64,000 nt of DNA. Origin: a bacterium (GTDB lineage: Bacteria > Bacillota > Clostridia > Christensenellales > Aristaeellaceae). Where the stretch lies: contig CAVERI010000006.1 of NCBI GenBank assembly GCA_963618055.1, positions 431 to 64,430 on the forward strand. Reading direction: 5' to 3'. This document shows, in pieces, positions 1-7,444 of the stretch. Below the pieces are notes generated by a model, which worked only from the letters and a program-made list of their open reading frames with translations, had not been told where the DNA came from and searched no databases. Made by a program: the position numbers and the translations under genes. Positions within the stretch are counted from its first letter, which is position 1; every line of letters starts with the position of its first letter.

Positions 1-1193
1 CTGCCGCACTTGTGAAAGCGCGCCGTTCCCGTGACGGGATCGATTTCGCACACGTCCAGCGTGGAAAACGCTTCGCGCCCGCCGTCGGACAGCCGGTTGA
101 TGGCGCGGTAGGCGGTAAACTCGTTCAGGCCGCATTCCAGAAATTCGCGCGCCAGCGCCAGCGCCCGGCGGGACAGCCTTCGCGCGCCCTCGCCGGTGCC
201 CATGCCGTCGGCCAGCAGCAGGATGACGCGGCCGTCCGGCGCTTTTTCAATCGCGCCCGCGTCGCCGCACGCGCCGCCCTCCGGCGCGGCATGCCGCCGG
301 GAGGCCGTCACGCGCAGTCGGGCGCGCAGGGACGGCTGCGCGGACAGAAGCCGCGCGCGCGCATACGCGGAGAAGCGCTCCGGAATCAGCGGATGCGCGA
401 CCGCCGCGCCCAGCAGAAACGCGGCGCGCGCGTCCCAGCCCAAATAATAGGAAAGCGGAATGCCGATCAGAAACGCGAGCGCGCGTGCCCACGCGCCCAC
501 GGCCCACAGCACGCCCGCGCAACCGGCGGAAATCAGCAGAAGCGCGGGCATCAGCGCGCCCTGTCCCTCGATCAGCAACCCGGCTCCGGCGGTGAACGCG
601 CCCAGCGCGCCGGCGGCCACCCCGCCGCCGGAGAGCGTGAGCGCGAGCAGACCCGCCGCGAACAGCCCCGCGGGCTCCCACAGCCGGGTTATGCCCGCCG
701 CGAGAGCGGCGGCGGCAAGATGCAGGGCGACGCGCTCGTCCGCGGACGGCGTTCGCGCCCGCAGGCAGTCTCGCCGGAAAAGCGGCGTCAGCGCGGGCGC
801 GGCGGCCATAGCCAGAAGCGCCGCCAAGAGCGCTGTCAGAAGCGCGTAAAGACCGCAATCCAGCTGCCGCGCCACGGCGGGAAGCAGACATCCCACGCCG
901 CCGCTCACCGCCGCGAAGGCTTCGCCGCGCGCCGGGCGCAGCCGAATCAGGATGCGGGCGAGGATATACGCGAGGAGGCAGCCAAGAAACGCGCCGGGGT
1001 CGCCCGCCAGCAGACAGCCGCCCAGTGCGCCCGGGAGTACGGCGGTTGCCGCCGTGTCCGTCGCGCCCGCCGCCGCGGCCAGCCCCGCCGCGAACGGCGC
1101 GCTCCACGGAATCGGCGTAAGGATACCGAAGAAGAGTCCGGCGAGGCTGCCGGGGGCGAGCCTCCATGCCCATGCGCGGAAAGGTGAATTCAT
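1..1193 (-). CDS. SpoIIE-family PP2C protein phosphatase with N-terminal polytopic membrane domain (partial; 3-prime end lies beyond the window start)
   Basis: Absent from the ORF track because it has no stop in the window. The reverse-strand frame starts at ATG 1193..1191, with AGGAGGA 7 nt upstream. It reads MNSPFRAWAWRLAPGSLAGLFFGILTPIPW..., then about 310 aa of Ala/Leu/Gly-rich hydrophobic segments, then ...APDGRVILLLADGMGTGEGARRLSRRALALAREFLE. ADGMG(S/T)G is the metal-binding motif of SpoIIE/PP2C phosphatases. The listed ORFs 12..1187(+) and 247..1404(-) are Arg-rich off-frame artefacts. Confidence 0.7.
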   Translation of the reverse strand, partial: MNSPFRAWAWRLAPGSLAGLFFGILTPIPWSAPFAAGLAAAAGATDTAATAVLPGALGGCLLAGDPGAFLGCLLAYILARILIRLRPARGEAFAAVSGGVGCLLPAVARQLDCGLYALLTALLAALLAMAAAPALTPLFRRDCLRARTPSADERVALHLAAAALAAGITRLWEPAGLFAAGLLALTLSGGGVAAGALGAFTAGAGLLIEGQGALMPALLLISAGCAGVLWAVGAWARALAFLIGIPLSYYLGWDARAAFLLGAAVAHPLIPERFSAYARARLLSAQPSLRARLRVTASRRHAAPEGGACGDAGAIEKAPDGRVILLLADGMGTGEGARRLSRRALALAREFLECGLNEFTAYRAINRLSDGGREAFSTLDVCEIDPVTGTARFHKCG

Positions 1194-1406
1194 ATGTCTG
1201 TCCTCCTGTGATACCACAAGCATATGCGCGTTCGTCCGTTAAAATTCCATTCAAAACGTCGAATTTCAGACACTTACGCCCGTTTATCCAAAAATTGGAC
1301 AATTTCGCCCCTGCGCCCGGTTTTTGAACAGGCAACCATGTTTGCCCGTTTTCGGGAAGACGGGGGCGCGGTATACTGTAGCCACTGATGAGAGGAGGTG
1401 GCATTC

Positions 1407-2006
1407 ATGTCAGTACTCAAAACCGTTCGCGCCGCGAAGATCAGCTACATCGTGATGTCGGTGCTGTTCTGCGTGCTGGGCGTGGTTCTGCTGGTTACGC
1501 ATGAAATGTCCGTTTCTGTGCTGGGCGTGCTGGTCGGCGCGATGCTGATTGCGTTTGGCATCGTGAAGCTGATCGGATATTTTTCCAGAGATCTGTATCG
1601 GCTGGCGTTCCAGTTTGATCTGGCGCTGGGCATTCTGCTGATTGTGCTGGGCACGATCATCCTTCTGAACCCCACCCGCGCCATGACGTTCCTGTGCCTG
1701 ATGCTGGGCATCGCCATCATGGCGGACGGCCTGTTCAAGCTGCAGACGGCGCTGGACGCGCGCCGCTTCGGCCTGCGTTCGTGGGGCTTGATTCTGGCGT
1801 TCGCGCTGCTTACCGGCGTCATCGGCGGCCTGCTGGCGATTCGCCCGGCGGAGAGCGTTGGCACGCTGACGATTCTTCTGGGACTGTCGGTGCTGTTTGA
1901 GGGGCTGATGAATCTGTGCGTCGCGCTGTTCGCGGTGAAGATCATCCGCAAGGAGCAGCCCGAGGTTGTAGAAACATGGTTTGAAAGTGAAAAGGAAGAA
2001 AGGTAG
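1407..2006 (+). CDS. HdeD/DUF308-like small integral membrane protein
   Basis: ORF 1398..2006. The ATG at 1407 lies 8 nt after GAGGAGG (1392-1398). The protein is almost entirely hydrophobic helices in pairs (VLFCVLGVVLLV, VLGVLVGAMLIAFGIVKLIGY, LALGILLIVLGTIILL ...), the architecture typical of DUF308. Confidence 0.65.
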   Translation: MSVLKTVRAAKISYIVMSVLFCVLGVVLLVTHEMSVSVLGVLVGAMLIAFGIVKLIGYFSRDLYRLAFQFDLALGILLIVLGTIILLNPTRAMTFLCLMLGIAIMADGLFKLQTALDARRFGLRSWGLILAFALLTGVIGGLLAIRPAESVGTLTILLGLSVLFEGLMNLCVALFAVKIIRKEQPEVVETWFESEKEER

Positions 2007-2014
2007 GTTTGGGT

Positions 2015-4099
2015 ATGCGAGCATCCAGAGCGGTCGTAAAGTACCGCGTTCCCATTCTGATTCTTGCGCTATTGCTGCTGATCCCGTCGTTCTTCGGCAT
2101 GATCAACACCCGCATCAATTACGACATGCTGGACTATCTGCCGGACGACATGGACACCGTGACCGGCCAGAACCTTCTGATGGAGGATTTCGGCAAGGGC
2201 GCGTTTTCGCTGATCGTGGTGGAGGATATGCCGTCGGCGGATATTCGCAGGATGGCGGAAAAGCTCCGCACGGTTGAGCATGTGGAAACCGTTGTGTGCT
2301 ATGAGGATCTGGCGGATCCCACCATTCCCAAGGCGCTTCTGCCGGACAGCATTTATAAGGAATTCAACAGCGGGGACAGCACGCTGATGGCGGTGTTCTT
2401 TGACACCTCCACCTCCGCCGACGCGACGATGGACGCCATTCGCGAGGTTCGCGGCGTCGTAGGCTCGCAGTGCTTCGTAACCGGCATGAGCGCGCTGGTG
2501 ACCGACCTGAAGGATCTGTGTGAAGAGGAAGAGCCGGTGTATGTGGCGCTGGCCGTCGTCTGCGCCTGCGCGGCGATGATGCTTCTGCTGGACGGCTGGA
2601 TGGTTCCGTTTGTATTCCTTGCCAGCATCGGCATGTGCATTCTGATGAACCTTGGCAGCAACTGGTTCTTGGGCGAAATTTCCTACATAACCAAGGCGCT
2701 GGCCGCCGTTCTGCAGCTGGCCGTCACGATGGACTATTCCATCTTCCTGTGGCACAGCTACAACGAAAAGCGCACGCTGACGGACGATAAAAACGAGGCG
2801 ATGGCGCAGGCCATTCACGACACGTTCGTGTCCGTGCTGGGCAGCTCCATTACCACCATTGCGGGCTTTATCGCCCTGTGCTTTATGACCTTCACCATGG
2901 GCCGCGATCTGGGCATCGTAATGGCCAAGGGCGTTTTGATTGGCGTAATCGGCTGCGTGACGATTCTGCCGTCGATGATTCTTTTGCTTGACAAGCCCCT
3001 TCAGAAGACGCGCCACCGCGCGCTGATCCCTACGGGTCAGGGCTTCGCCAAGTGGGTTGTGAAGGTTTTCCCGGTGTTCCTCGTGATCTTCGCGCTTCTG
3101 CTCGTTCCCTCCTATTACGGATACTCGAAGACCAACGACGAGGTGTACTACGACATGGGCGAATGCCTGCCGCAGGACATTGACTACGTAATCGCGAACA
3201 GCAAGCTGCGGGAGGAGTTCGACATTGCCTCCACCCACATGCTGCTGGTGAACGCCAAGCTGCCCTCCAGCGACGTGCGCGCCATGAAGCGCGAGATGGA
3301 GAACGTGGACGGCGTGAAGTACGTGCTGTCGCTGGAAAGCGTGGTCGGCTCCCGCGTGCCGGAGGAGATTCTGCCGGAGAGCATTACGTCCATCCTGAAG
3401 AGCGACCGGTGGGAGCTGATTCTGATCAACTCTGAATACCGCGCCGCGAGCGATCTGGTGAACGATCAGCTGGACACGCTGAACGCCATCCTCAAGAAGT
3501 ATGACCCCAGCGGCATGCTGATCGGCGAAGCCGGCTGCATGAAGGACATGATTGAGACCACCGGCCATGACTTTGAGGTGGTAAACGCGGTGTCCATCGT
3601 GCTGGTGTTCGTGATCATCCTGCTGGTGGAAAAGAGCCTGTCGCTGCCGGTGATTTTGATCGCCGTGATCGAGCTGGCCATCTTCATCAACCTGGGTCTG
3701 CCGCACTATCTGGGCGAGACGCTGCCATTTATCGCGCCGATCTGCATCTCAACCATTCAGCTGGGCGCGACGGTCGACTACGCCATATTGATGACCACGC
3801 GCTACAAGCAGGAGCGCGCCGCGGGCAAGGATAAGCGCGAGGCGGTAACGATTGCGCTGTCCACGTCCATTCCGTCCATCGTGACCAGCGGCTTCGGCCT
3901 GTTCGCCGCCACCTTCGGCGTGGCCGTGTATTCCAACATTGACATTGTAAGCTCCATGTGCATGCTGATGGCGCGCGGCGCGCTGGTAAGCGTGGTCTCG
4001 GTCGTGTTTATTCTGCCGGCCATGCTGATGCTGCTGGACGCGGTCGTCCGCCACACCACACTGGGTATGAAGAAAAAAACCACGGGAGGAATTGAGTAA
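2015..4099 (+). CDS. MMPL/RND-superfamily membrane transporter
   Basis: ORF 2009..4099, with ATG at 2015, 8 nt after the stop of the upstream gene. It has two repeated halves, each with one TM, a soluble loop and a 5-TM bundle (e.g. ...AVLQLAVTMDYSIFLWHSY... and ...STIQLGATVDYAILMTTRYKQER...). These are the hallmark MMPL motifs. Confidence 0.85.
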   Translation: MRASRAVVKYRVPILILALLLLIPSFFGMINTRINYDMLDYLPDDMDTVTGQNLLMEDFGKGAFSLIVVEDMPSADIRRMAEKLRTVEHVETVVCYEDLADPTIPKALLPDSIYKEFNSGDSTLMAVFFDTSTSADATMDAIREVRGVVGSQCFVTGMSALVTDLKDLCEEEEPVYVALAVVCACAAMMLLLDGWMVPFVFLASIGMCILMNLGSNWFLGEISYITKALAAVLQLAVTMDYSIFLWHSYNEKRTLTDDKNEAMAQAIHDTFVSVLGSSITTIAGFIALCFMTFTMGRDLGIVMAKGVLIGVIGCVTILPSMILLLDKPLQKTRHRALIPTGQGFAKWVVKVFPVFLVIFALLLVPSYYGYSKTNDEVYYDMGECLPQDIDYVIANSKLREEFDIASTHMLLVNAKLPSSDVRAMKREMENVDGVKYVLSLESVVGSRVPEEILPESITSILKSDRWELILINSEYRAASDLVNDQLDTLNAILKKYDPSGMLIGEAGCMKDMIETTGHDFEVVNAVSIVLVFVIILLVEKSLSLPVILIAVIELAIFINLGLPHYLGETLPFIAPICISTIQLGATVDYAILMTTRYKQERAAGKDKREAVTIALSTSIPSIVTSGFGLFAATFGVAVYSNIDIVSSMCMLMARGALVSVVSVVFILPAMLMLLDAVVRHTTLGMKKKTTGGIE

Positions 4100-6150
4100 T
4101 GAAAAAGCTGACGTGCCTGCTTCTTTCCCTGCTTCTCGTTTTCTGCGCGGCAGGCGGCGCACTGGCCGAAACGACGAAGGATGAAACGGTTTACGTGCTC
4201 GCGAACGCCGAGGGCGAGGCAAAGCGCGTGATTGTGAGCGACTGGCTGACGAATCCCGACGGCGAAAAGGATCTTGCGGACGTAACGACCCTTAAAAGCG
4301 CAAAGGACGTGAAGGGCAGCGCCTTCCTGAAGGACGGCGTGTGGTACAACGCCGACGGCGCGGATGTGTACTATCAGGGCGACGCGGAGGACGCGCTGCC
4401 GATGACCCTCACCCTGACCTATACGCTGGACGGCGAGGCCAAGACCGCCGCCGAAATGACCGGCAAGAGCGGCCGCGTGACCATCCGCGTGACCTGCGAC
4501 GTGACGGAGACGAAGGACGGCGTGAAGGTGCCCTTCGCCGCGCTGACCGCCGCGCTGCTGGACAACGACGTGTTCACGAACATCGAGGTCACCAACGGAA
4601 AACTCCTTGACGACGGCGACCGCACCGTGGTCGTGGGCTGGGCGCTGCCGGGTCTTCAGGAGACGCTGGCGCTGGATACCGAGACCGTGACGCTGCCCGA
4701 ATACGTGGAAATTTCCGCGGACGCGAAGAGCTTCGAAGCGCCCACCACGCTGACCGTTGTGACCAACGAGCTTTTCAACGCCGTGGACGTGGATTCCATC
4801 GACACCACCGAGATTACGGAAAACATCGATAAGCTGAAGGACGGCATGGAACAGCTGAAGGACGGCGCGGCCCGTCTGGCGGACGGCGTGTCCGAGCTGA
4901 ACGACGGCGCGAAGACGCTGGCCGACGGCGCGACCGAGCTGAACGACGGCGCGAAAGCCCTGAAGGAGGGCGCGTCTCCGCTGGCAGACGGCGTATCGCA
5001 GCTGAACGACGGCGCGAAGGCGCTGGAAACCGGCTCCGCGCAGCTGACCGAGGGTCTGAACACCCTTACCGCCAACAACGAGGCGCTGGCGAGCGGCGCG
5101 GCGAAGCTGTTTGAAACCGTGCTGGGCATTGCGAACACGCAGCTGTCCGCCGCGATGGAGAACGCGCCCACGCTGACCATCGAGAACTATGAGGAAACCC
5201 TGACCGCGCTGCTCGACGCGTGCTCCGAGGAGGGCATTGACAAGCAGGTGCACGATCAGGTGGAGGCCGTTGTAAACCAGAACCGCGACCAGATCGAGGC
5301 CGCCGTCACCGCCAAGGTGCAGGAAGCGGTCGCCGCGCAGGTGGAGGAAGCCGTGCGCGAGAACGTCACCGCGCAGGTGCTCGCCGCGATGGACATGACG
5401 CCCGATACGTACAAGGCCGCCGTGGAGAGCGGCGCGCTGACCGACGCGCAGAAGAACCAGATTACCGCCGCCGTGGACGCGCAGATGAAGTCGCAGGAGG
5501 TCAAGGCCGTGCTCGCGCAGCAGACCGAGCAGACCATGGCCAGCGACGAGGTGAAGGCCACGATTGAGCAGAACGTGAACGAGCAGGTCGAGGCGCTTAC
5601 GCAGCAGAACCTGTCCTCCGATGACGTGCAAGCCAAGCGCGCCGCCGCGCTGGAGCAGGCGCAGACCGCCGCGGCCAGCCTCACGGCGCTGAAGGCGCAG
5701 CTGGATGACTACCGCACCTTCTATGACGGCCTGAACGCCTACCTCGCCGGTACGGCGCAGGCGGCGAGCGGCGCGAACGAGCTCAAGACCGGCGCGGCGC
5801 AGCTGGCCGCGGGCACGGATGAGCTGAATGGCAAGGTTCCCGCGCTGCTGGATGGCATCGACCAGCTGGCAGACGGCACGAACACGCTCAACGAGAACAT
5901 CCCGTCGCTCACCGACGGCGTGCAGCAGCTGCTGGACGGCGCGAACGAGCTGAAGGACGGCCTGAACACCTTCGATGAGGAGGGCGTTTCCAAGCTCGTG
6001 AGCCTCGTGGAGGACGATCTCGCGGACACGCTCGACCGCGTGAAGGCTGCGCTTCACGCTGCGAACGCCTACACCACCTATACCGCCCTCGGCGAAAACA
6101 TGACCGGCCGCGTCCGCTTCGTGTGGCGCACCGACGCGAACCAGAAATAA
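4099..6150 (+). CDS. secreted protein with N-terminal beta-rich domain and long LxxG heptad-repeat coiled coil (YhgE/Pip ectodomain-like)
   Basis: The start ATG overlaps the MMPL stop (TAATG at 4097-4101). The signal peptide is MKKLTCLLLSLLLVFCAAGGALA. Two blocks of L-x-D-G-x-x-x heptads (LKDGAARLADGVSELNDGAKTLADGATELNDGAKAL...) flank a Q/A/E/V-rich helical region. There is no C-terminal membrane anchor. Confidence 0.75.
   Translation: MKKLTCLLLSLLLVFCAAGGALAETTKDETVYVLANAEGEAKRVIVSDWLTNPDGEKDLADVTTLKSAKDVKGSAFLKDGVWYNADGADVYYQGDAEDALPMTLTLTYTLDGEAKTAAEMTGKSGRVTIRVTCDVTETKDGVKVPFAALTAALLDNDVFTNIEVTNGKLLDDGDRTVVVGWALPGLQETLALDTETVTLPEYVEISADAKSFEAPTTLTVVTNELFNAVDVDSIDTTEITENIDKLKDGMEQLKDGAARLADGVSELNDGAKTLADGATELNDGAKALKEGASPLADGVSQLNDGAKALETGSAQLTEGLNTLTANNEALASGAAKLFETVLGIANTQLSAAMENAPTLTIENYEETLTALLDACSEEGIDKQVHDQVEAVVNQNRDQIEAAVTAKVQEAVAAQVEEAVRENVTAQVLAAMDMTPDTYKAAVESGALTDAQKNQITAAVDAQMKSQEVKAVLAQQTEQTMASDEVKATIEQNVNEQVEALTQQNLSSDDVQAKRAAALEQAQTAAASLTALKAQLDDYRTFYDGLNAYLAGTAQAASGANELKTGAAQLAAGTDELNGKVPALLDGIDQLADGTNTLNENIPSLTDGVQQLLDGANELKDGLNTFDEEGVSKLVSLVEDDLADTLDRVKAALHAANAYTTYTALGENMTGRVRFVWRTDANQK
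4819..5115 (+). repeat. heptad (LxxG) coding repeat block 1 inside the secreted protein gene
   Basis: Iterated 21-nt units encode x-L-x-D-G-A-x (ENIDKLKDGMEQLKDGAARLADGVSELNDGAKTLADGATELNDGAKALKEGASPLADGVSQLNDGAKALETG...). Confidence 0.6.
5749..5973 (+). repeat. heptad (LxxG) coding repeat block 2 inside the secreted protein gene
   Basis: GANELKTGAAQLAAGTDELNGKVPALLDGIDQLADGTNTLNENIPSLTDGVQQLLDGANELKDGLNTF. This is a second block with the same periodicity, placed symmetrically to block 1. Confidence 0.6.
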
Positions 6151-6171
6151 TCGATAAAACCCCATAAACGT

Positions 6172-6216
6172 CCGCCGCCGATCCTCCCGCGAGGGATAAT
6201 CGGCGGCGGATTCTTT
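6172..6216 (+). terminator. putative intrinsic terminator of the HdeD-MMPL-heptad operon
   Basis: CCGCCGCCGAT (6172-6182) pairs with ATCGGCGGCGG (6199-6209), with an inner CCTC/GAGG stem, followed by ATTCTTT. The U-tract is weak. Confidence 0.5.
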
Positions 6217-6261
6217 GATGGATGCTTCATCGAAACATAACATGGGAAAATGAGCAAATAT

Positions 6262-6290
6262 TATTGACAAATCCGAGGGGATGGAGTATA
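6262..6290 (+). promoter_or_regulatory. consensus sigma-A type promoter for tRNA-Arg
   Basis: TTGACA (6262-6267), exactly 17 nt, then TATAAT (6285-6290), about 25 nt upstream of the tRNA 5-prime end. Confidence 0.6.
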
Positions 6291-6314
6291 ATCATCTCCG
6301 TTGTCAAGCGATGA

Positions 6315-6388
6315 GTGCCTGTAGCTCAGCCGGATAGAGTGTTTGGCTACGAACCAAAAGGTCAGGGGTTCGAATCCCTTCAGGCACG
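6315..6388 (+). tRNA. tRNA-Arg (anticodon ACG)
   Basis: Manual cloverleaf. Acceptor GTGCCTG/CAGGCAC, D stem GCTC/GAGT, anticodon stem TTTGG/CCAAA with loop CTACGAA (anticodon ACG at 6349-6351), and T arm AGGGG-TTCGAAT-CCCTT. The discriminator is G, and CCA is not encoded. Confidence 0.9.
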
Positions 6389-6391
6389 CTG

Positions 6392-6426
6392 GAAGCATTT
6401 GGAGAAATCCGAATGCTTCTTTTTTT
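6392..6426 (+). terminator. intrinsic terminator after tRNA-Arg
   Basis: GAAGCATT (6392-6399) pairs with AATGCTTC (6412-6419), followed by T7 (6420-6426). Confidence 0.8.
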
Positions 6427-6435
6427 GTACAAGTC

Positions 6436-6464
6436 TTGAAAGGAACGGCATATCATGCTATAAT
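6436..6464 (+). promoter_or_regulatory. promoter of the serine protease gene
   Basis: TTGAAA (6436-6441), 17 nt, then TGcTATAAT (extended -10; TATAAT at 6459-6464). Confidence 0.55.
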
Positions 6465-6488
6465 CCAATAAAGAACCGATAAAGGAGA

Positions 6489-7382
6489 ATGCATGTGAGA
6501 AAAATCGCCTGTGCGGTGCTGATGATCGCAATTCTGCTGACGGGAATGTGCGCGTATGCGTCTGGTTTCTCGCAGGATCCGGATCGAATCGAGCAGGCGG
6601 CAAAATCGGTGCTGATGCTGCGGGTATATAACCGGCAGGGAGAAATCCTTGCGACGGCCAGTGCCTTTGTGGCGTTTGACAACGGCACGCTGGTGACGAA
6701 TTACCACGCGATTGCGGGGGAGGATGTATTCAGAATTCTGGCAATTAACGACGATGGCGGAACCCATGTGGTTACGAAGGTCTTCTGCGCGGACAAGGAC
6801 GCGGATATCGCGATTTTGGGGTTCCAATATCCAAGCTCGCTTTTAGAGCCGCTTTCCCTGTGGGCGGAGGAAAACCCGAAGCGGGGCATGCCGGTCGTTG
6901 CCATCGGAAGCCCGTTAGGCATCTTGAATACCGTTTCCAAGGGCAACATCAGCGTGGCTTTCAAGGCAAGCGGCATTCCGATAATCCAGTTCACGGCTCC
7001 AATTTCCCAAGGGAGCAGCGGCGGCGCGCTTTTGAACGACGATGGAAGGGTAATCGGCGTAACGACCGGGAGTGAAATAGAGGACGCGCAGAACATCAAC
7101 TACGCGGTACATATCGCGGCCGTCAAGGCGATGTATCAGGCGTGGGACGGCAGCGTGTATACGCTGACGGACTATAAGGACACGGCGAAGCTCGACTTTA
7201 CGGGCGTGTATGATCATGCGCCGGAAGCGTCCGCTGAAATCTGGTCGTGTCCGGACTGCGGAAACGAAAATGACACCCCGTTCTGCCCGCAATGCGGAAA
7301 ACAGAAGCCCGACTGGAAATGCGCGTGCGGGCAGATAAATCAGGGCAGCTTCTGCGGCAGCTGCGGTGTGCCAAGAACGTAG
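6489..7382 (+). CDS. trypsin-like (S1C-type) serine protease with N-terminal signal/anchor and C-terminal tandem zinc ribbons
   Basis: Catalytic triad contexts TNYHAI, DADIAIL and ISQGSSGGALLN. The N-terminal hydrophobic segment is IACAVLMIAILLTGMCAYA. The C-terminus is CPDCGNENDTPFCPQCG...CACGQINQGSFCGSCG. The start could be ATG 6489 or the in-frame GTG 6495, which has better spacing to AGGAG at 6483-6487. Confidence 0.8.
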   Translation: MHVRKIACAVLMIAILLTGMCAYASGFSQDPDRIEQAAKSVLMLRVYNRQGEILATASAFVAFDNGTLVTNYHAIAGEDVFRILAINDDGGTHVVTKVFCADKDADIAILGFQYPSSLLEPLSLWAEENPKRGMPVVAIGSPLGILNTVSKGNISVAFKASGIPIIQFTAPISQGSSGGALLNDDGRVIGVTTGSEIEDAQNINYAVHIAAVKAMYQAWDGSVYTLTDYKDTAKLDFTGVYDHAPEASAEIWSCPDCGNENDTPFCPQCGKQKPDWKCACGQINQGSFCGSCGVPRT

Positions 7383-7398
7383 CCGTGAAGCCATTGCG

Positions 7399-7436
7399 CA
7401 AAAGGAACCGTCTCACGGCGAGGCGGTTCCTTTTGT
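7399..7436. terminator. bidirectional terminator between convergent genes
   Basis: AAAGGAACCG (7401-7410) pairs with CGGTTCCTTT (7424-7433). It is flanked by an A-run and a T-run. Confidence 0.6.
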
Positions 7437-7444
7437 GTGGGCGG

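Noticed and set aside
12-1404. Track ORFs 12..1187(+), 196..447(+), 460..849(+), 952..1242(+) and 247..1404(-), which cover the left end of the window.
   Set aside because: All are Arg/Ala/Gly/Pro-rich with no motifs. A third minus-strand frame, not listed because its stop lies outside the window, gives a coherent membrane domain plus a SpoIIE/PP2C phosphatase with an RBS and an ATG at 1193.
3802-6270. An 822-aa minus-strand ORF antisense to the MMPL and heptad-repeat genes.
   Set aside because: It has the typical high-GC antisense composition (R, G, L, V, H, A runs), no RBS or motifs, and it overlaps two well-supported plus-strand genes. The same reasoning applies to 2069..3706(-), 7292..8992(+), 9071..10327(+), 10879..12411(+), 12852..13970(+), 14562..16103(+), 18609..19916(+), 28164..29645(-), 32072..33235(+), 39509..40666(+), 42943..44076(-), 45372..46502(-), 50902..52515(-), 54960..56552(-), 57081..58109(-) and 58153..59256(+).
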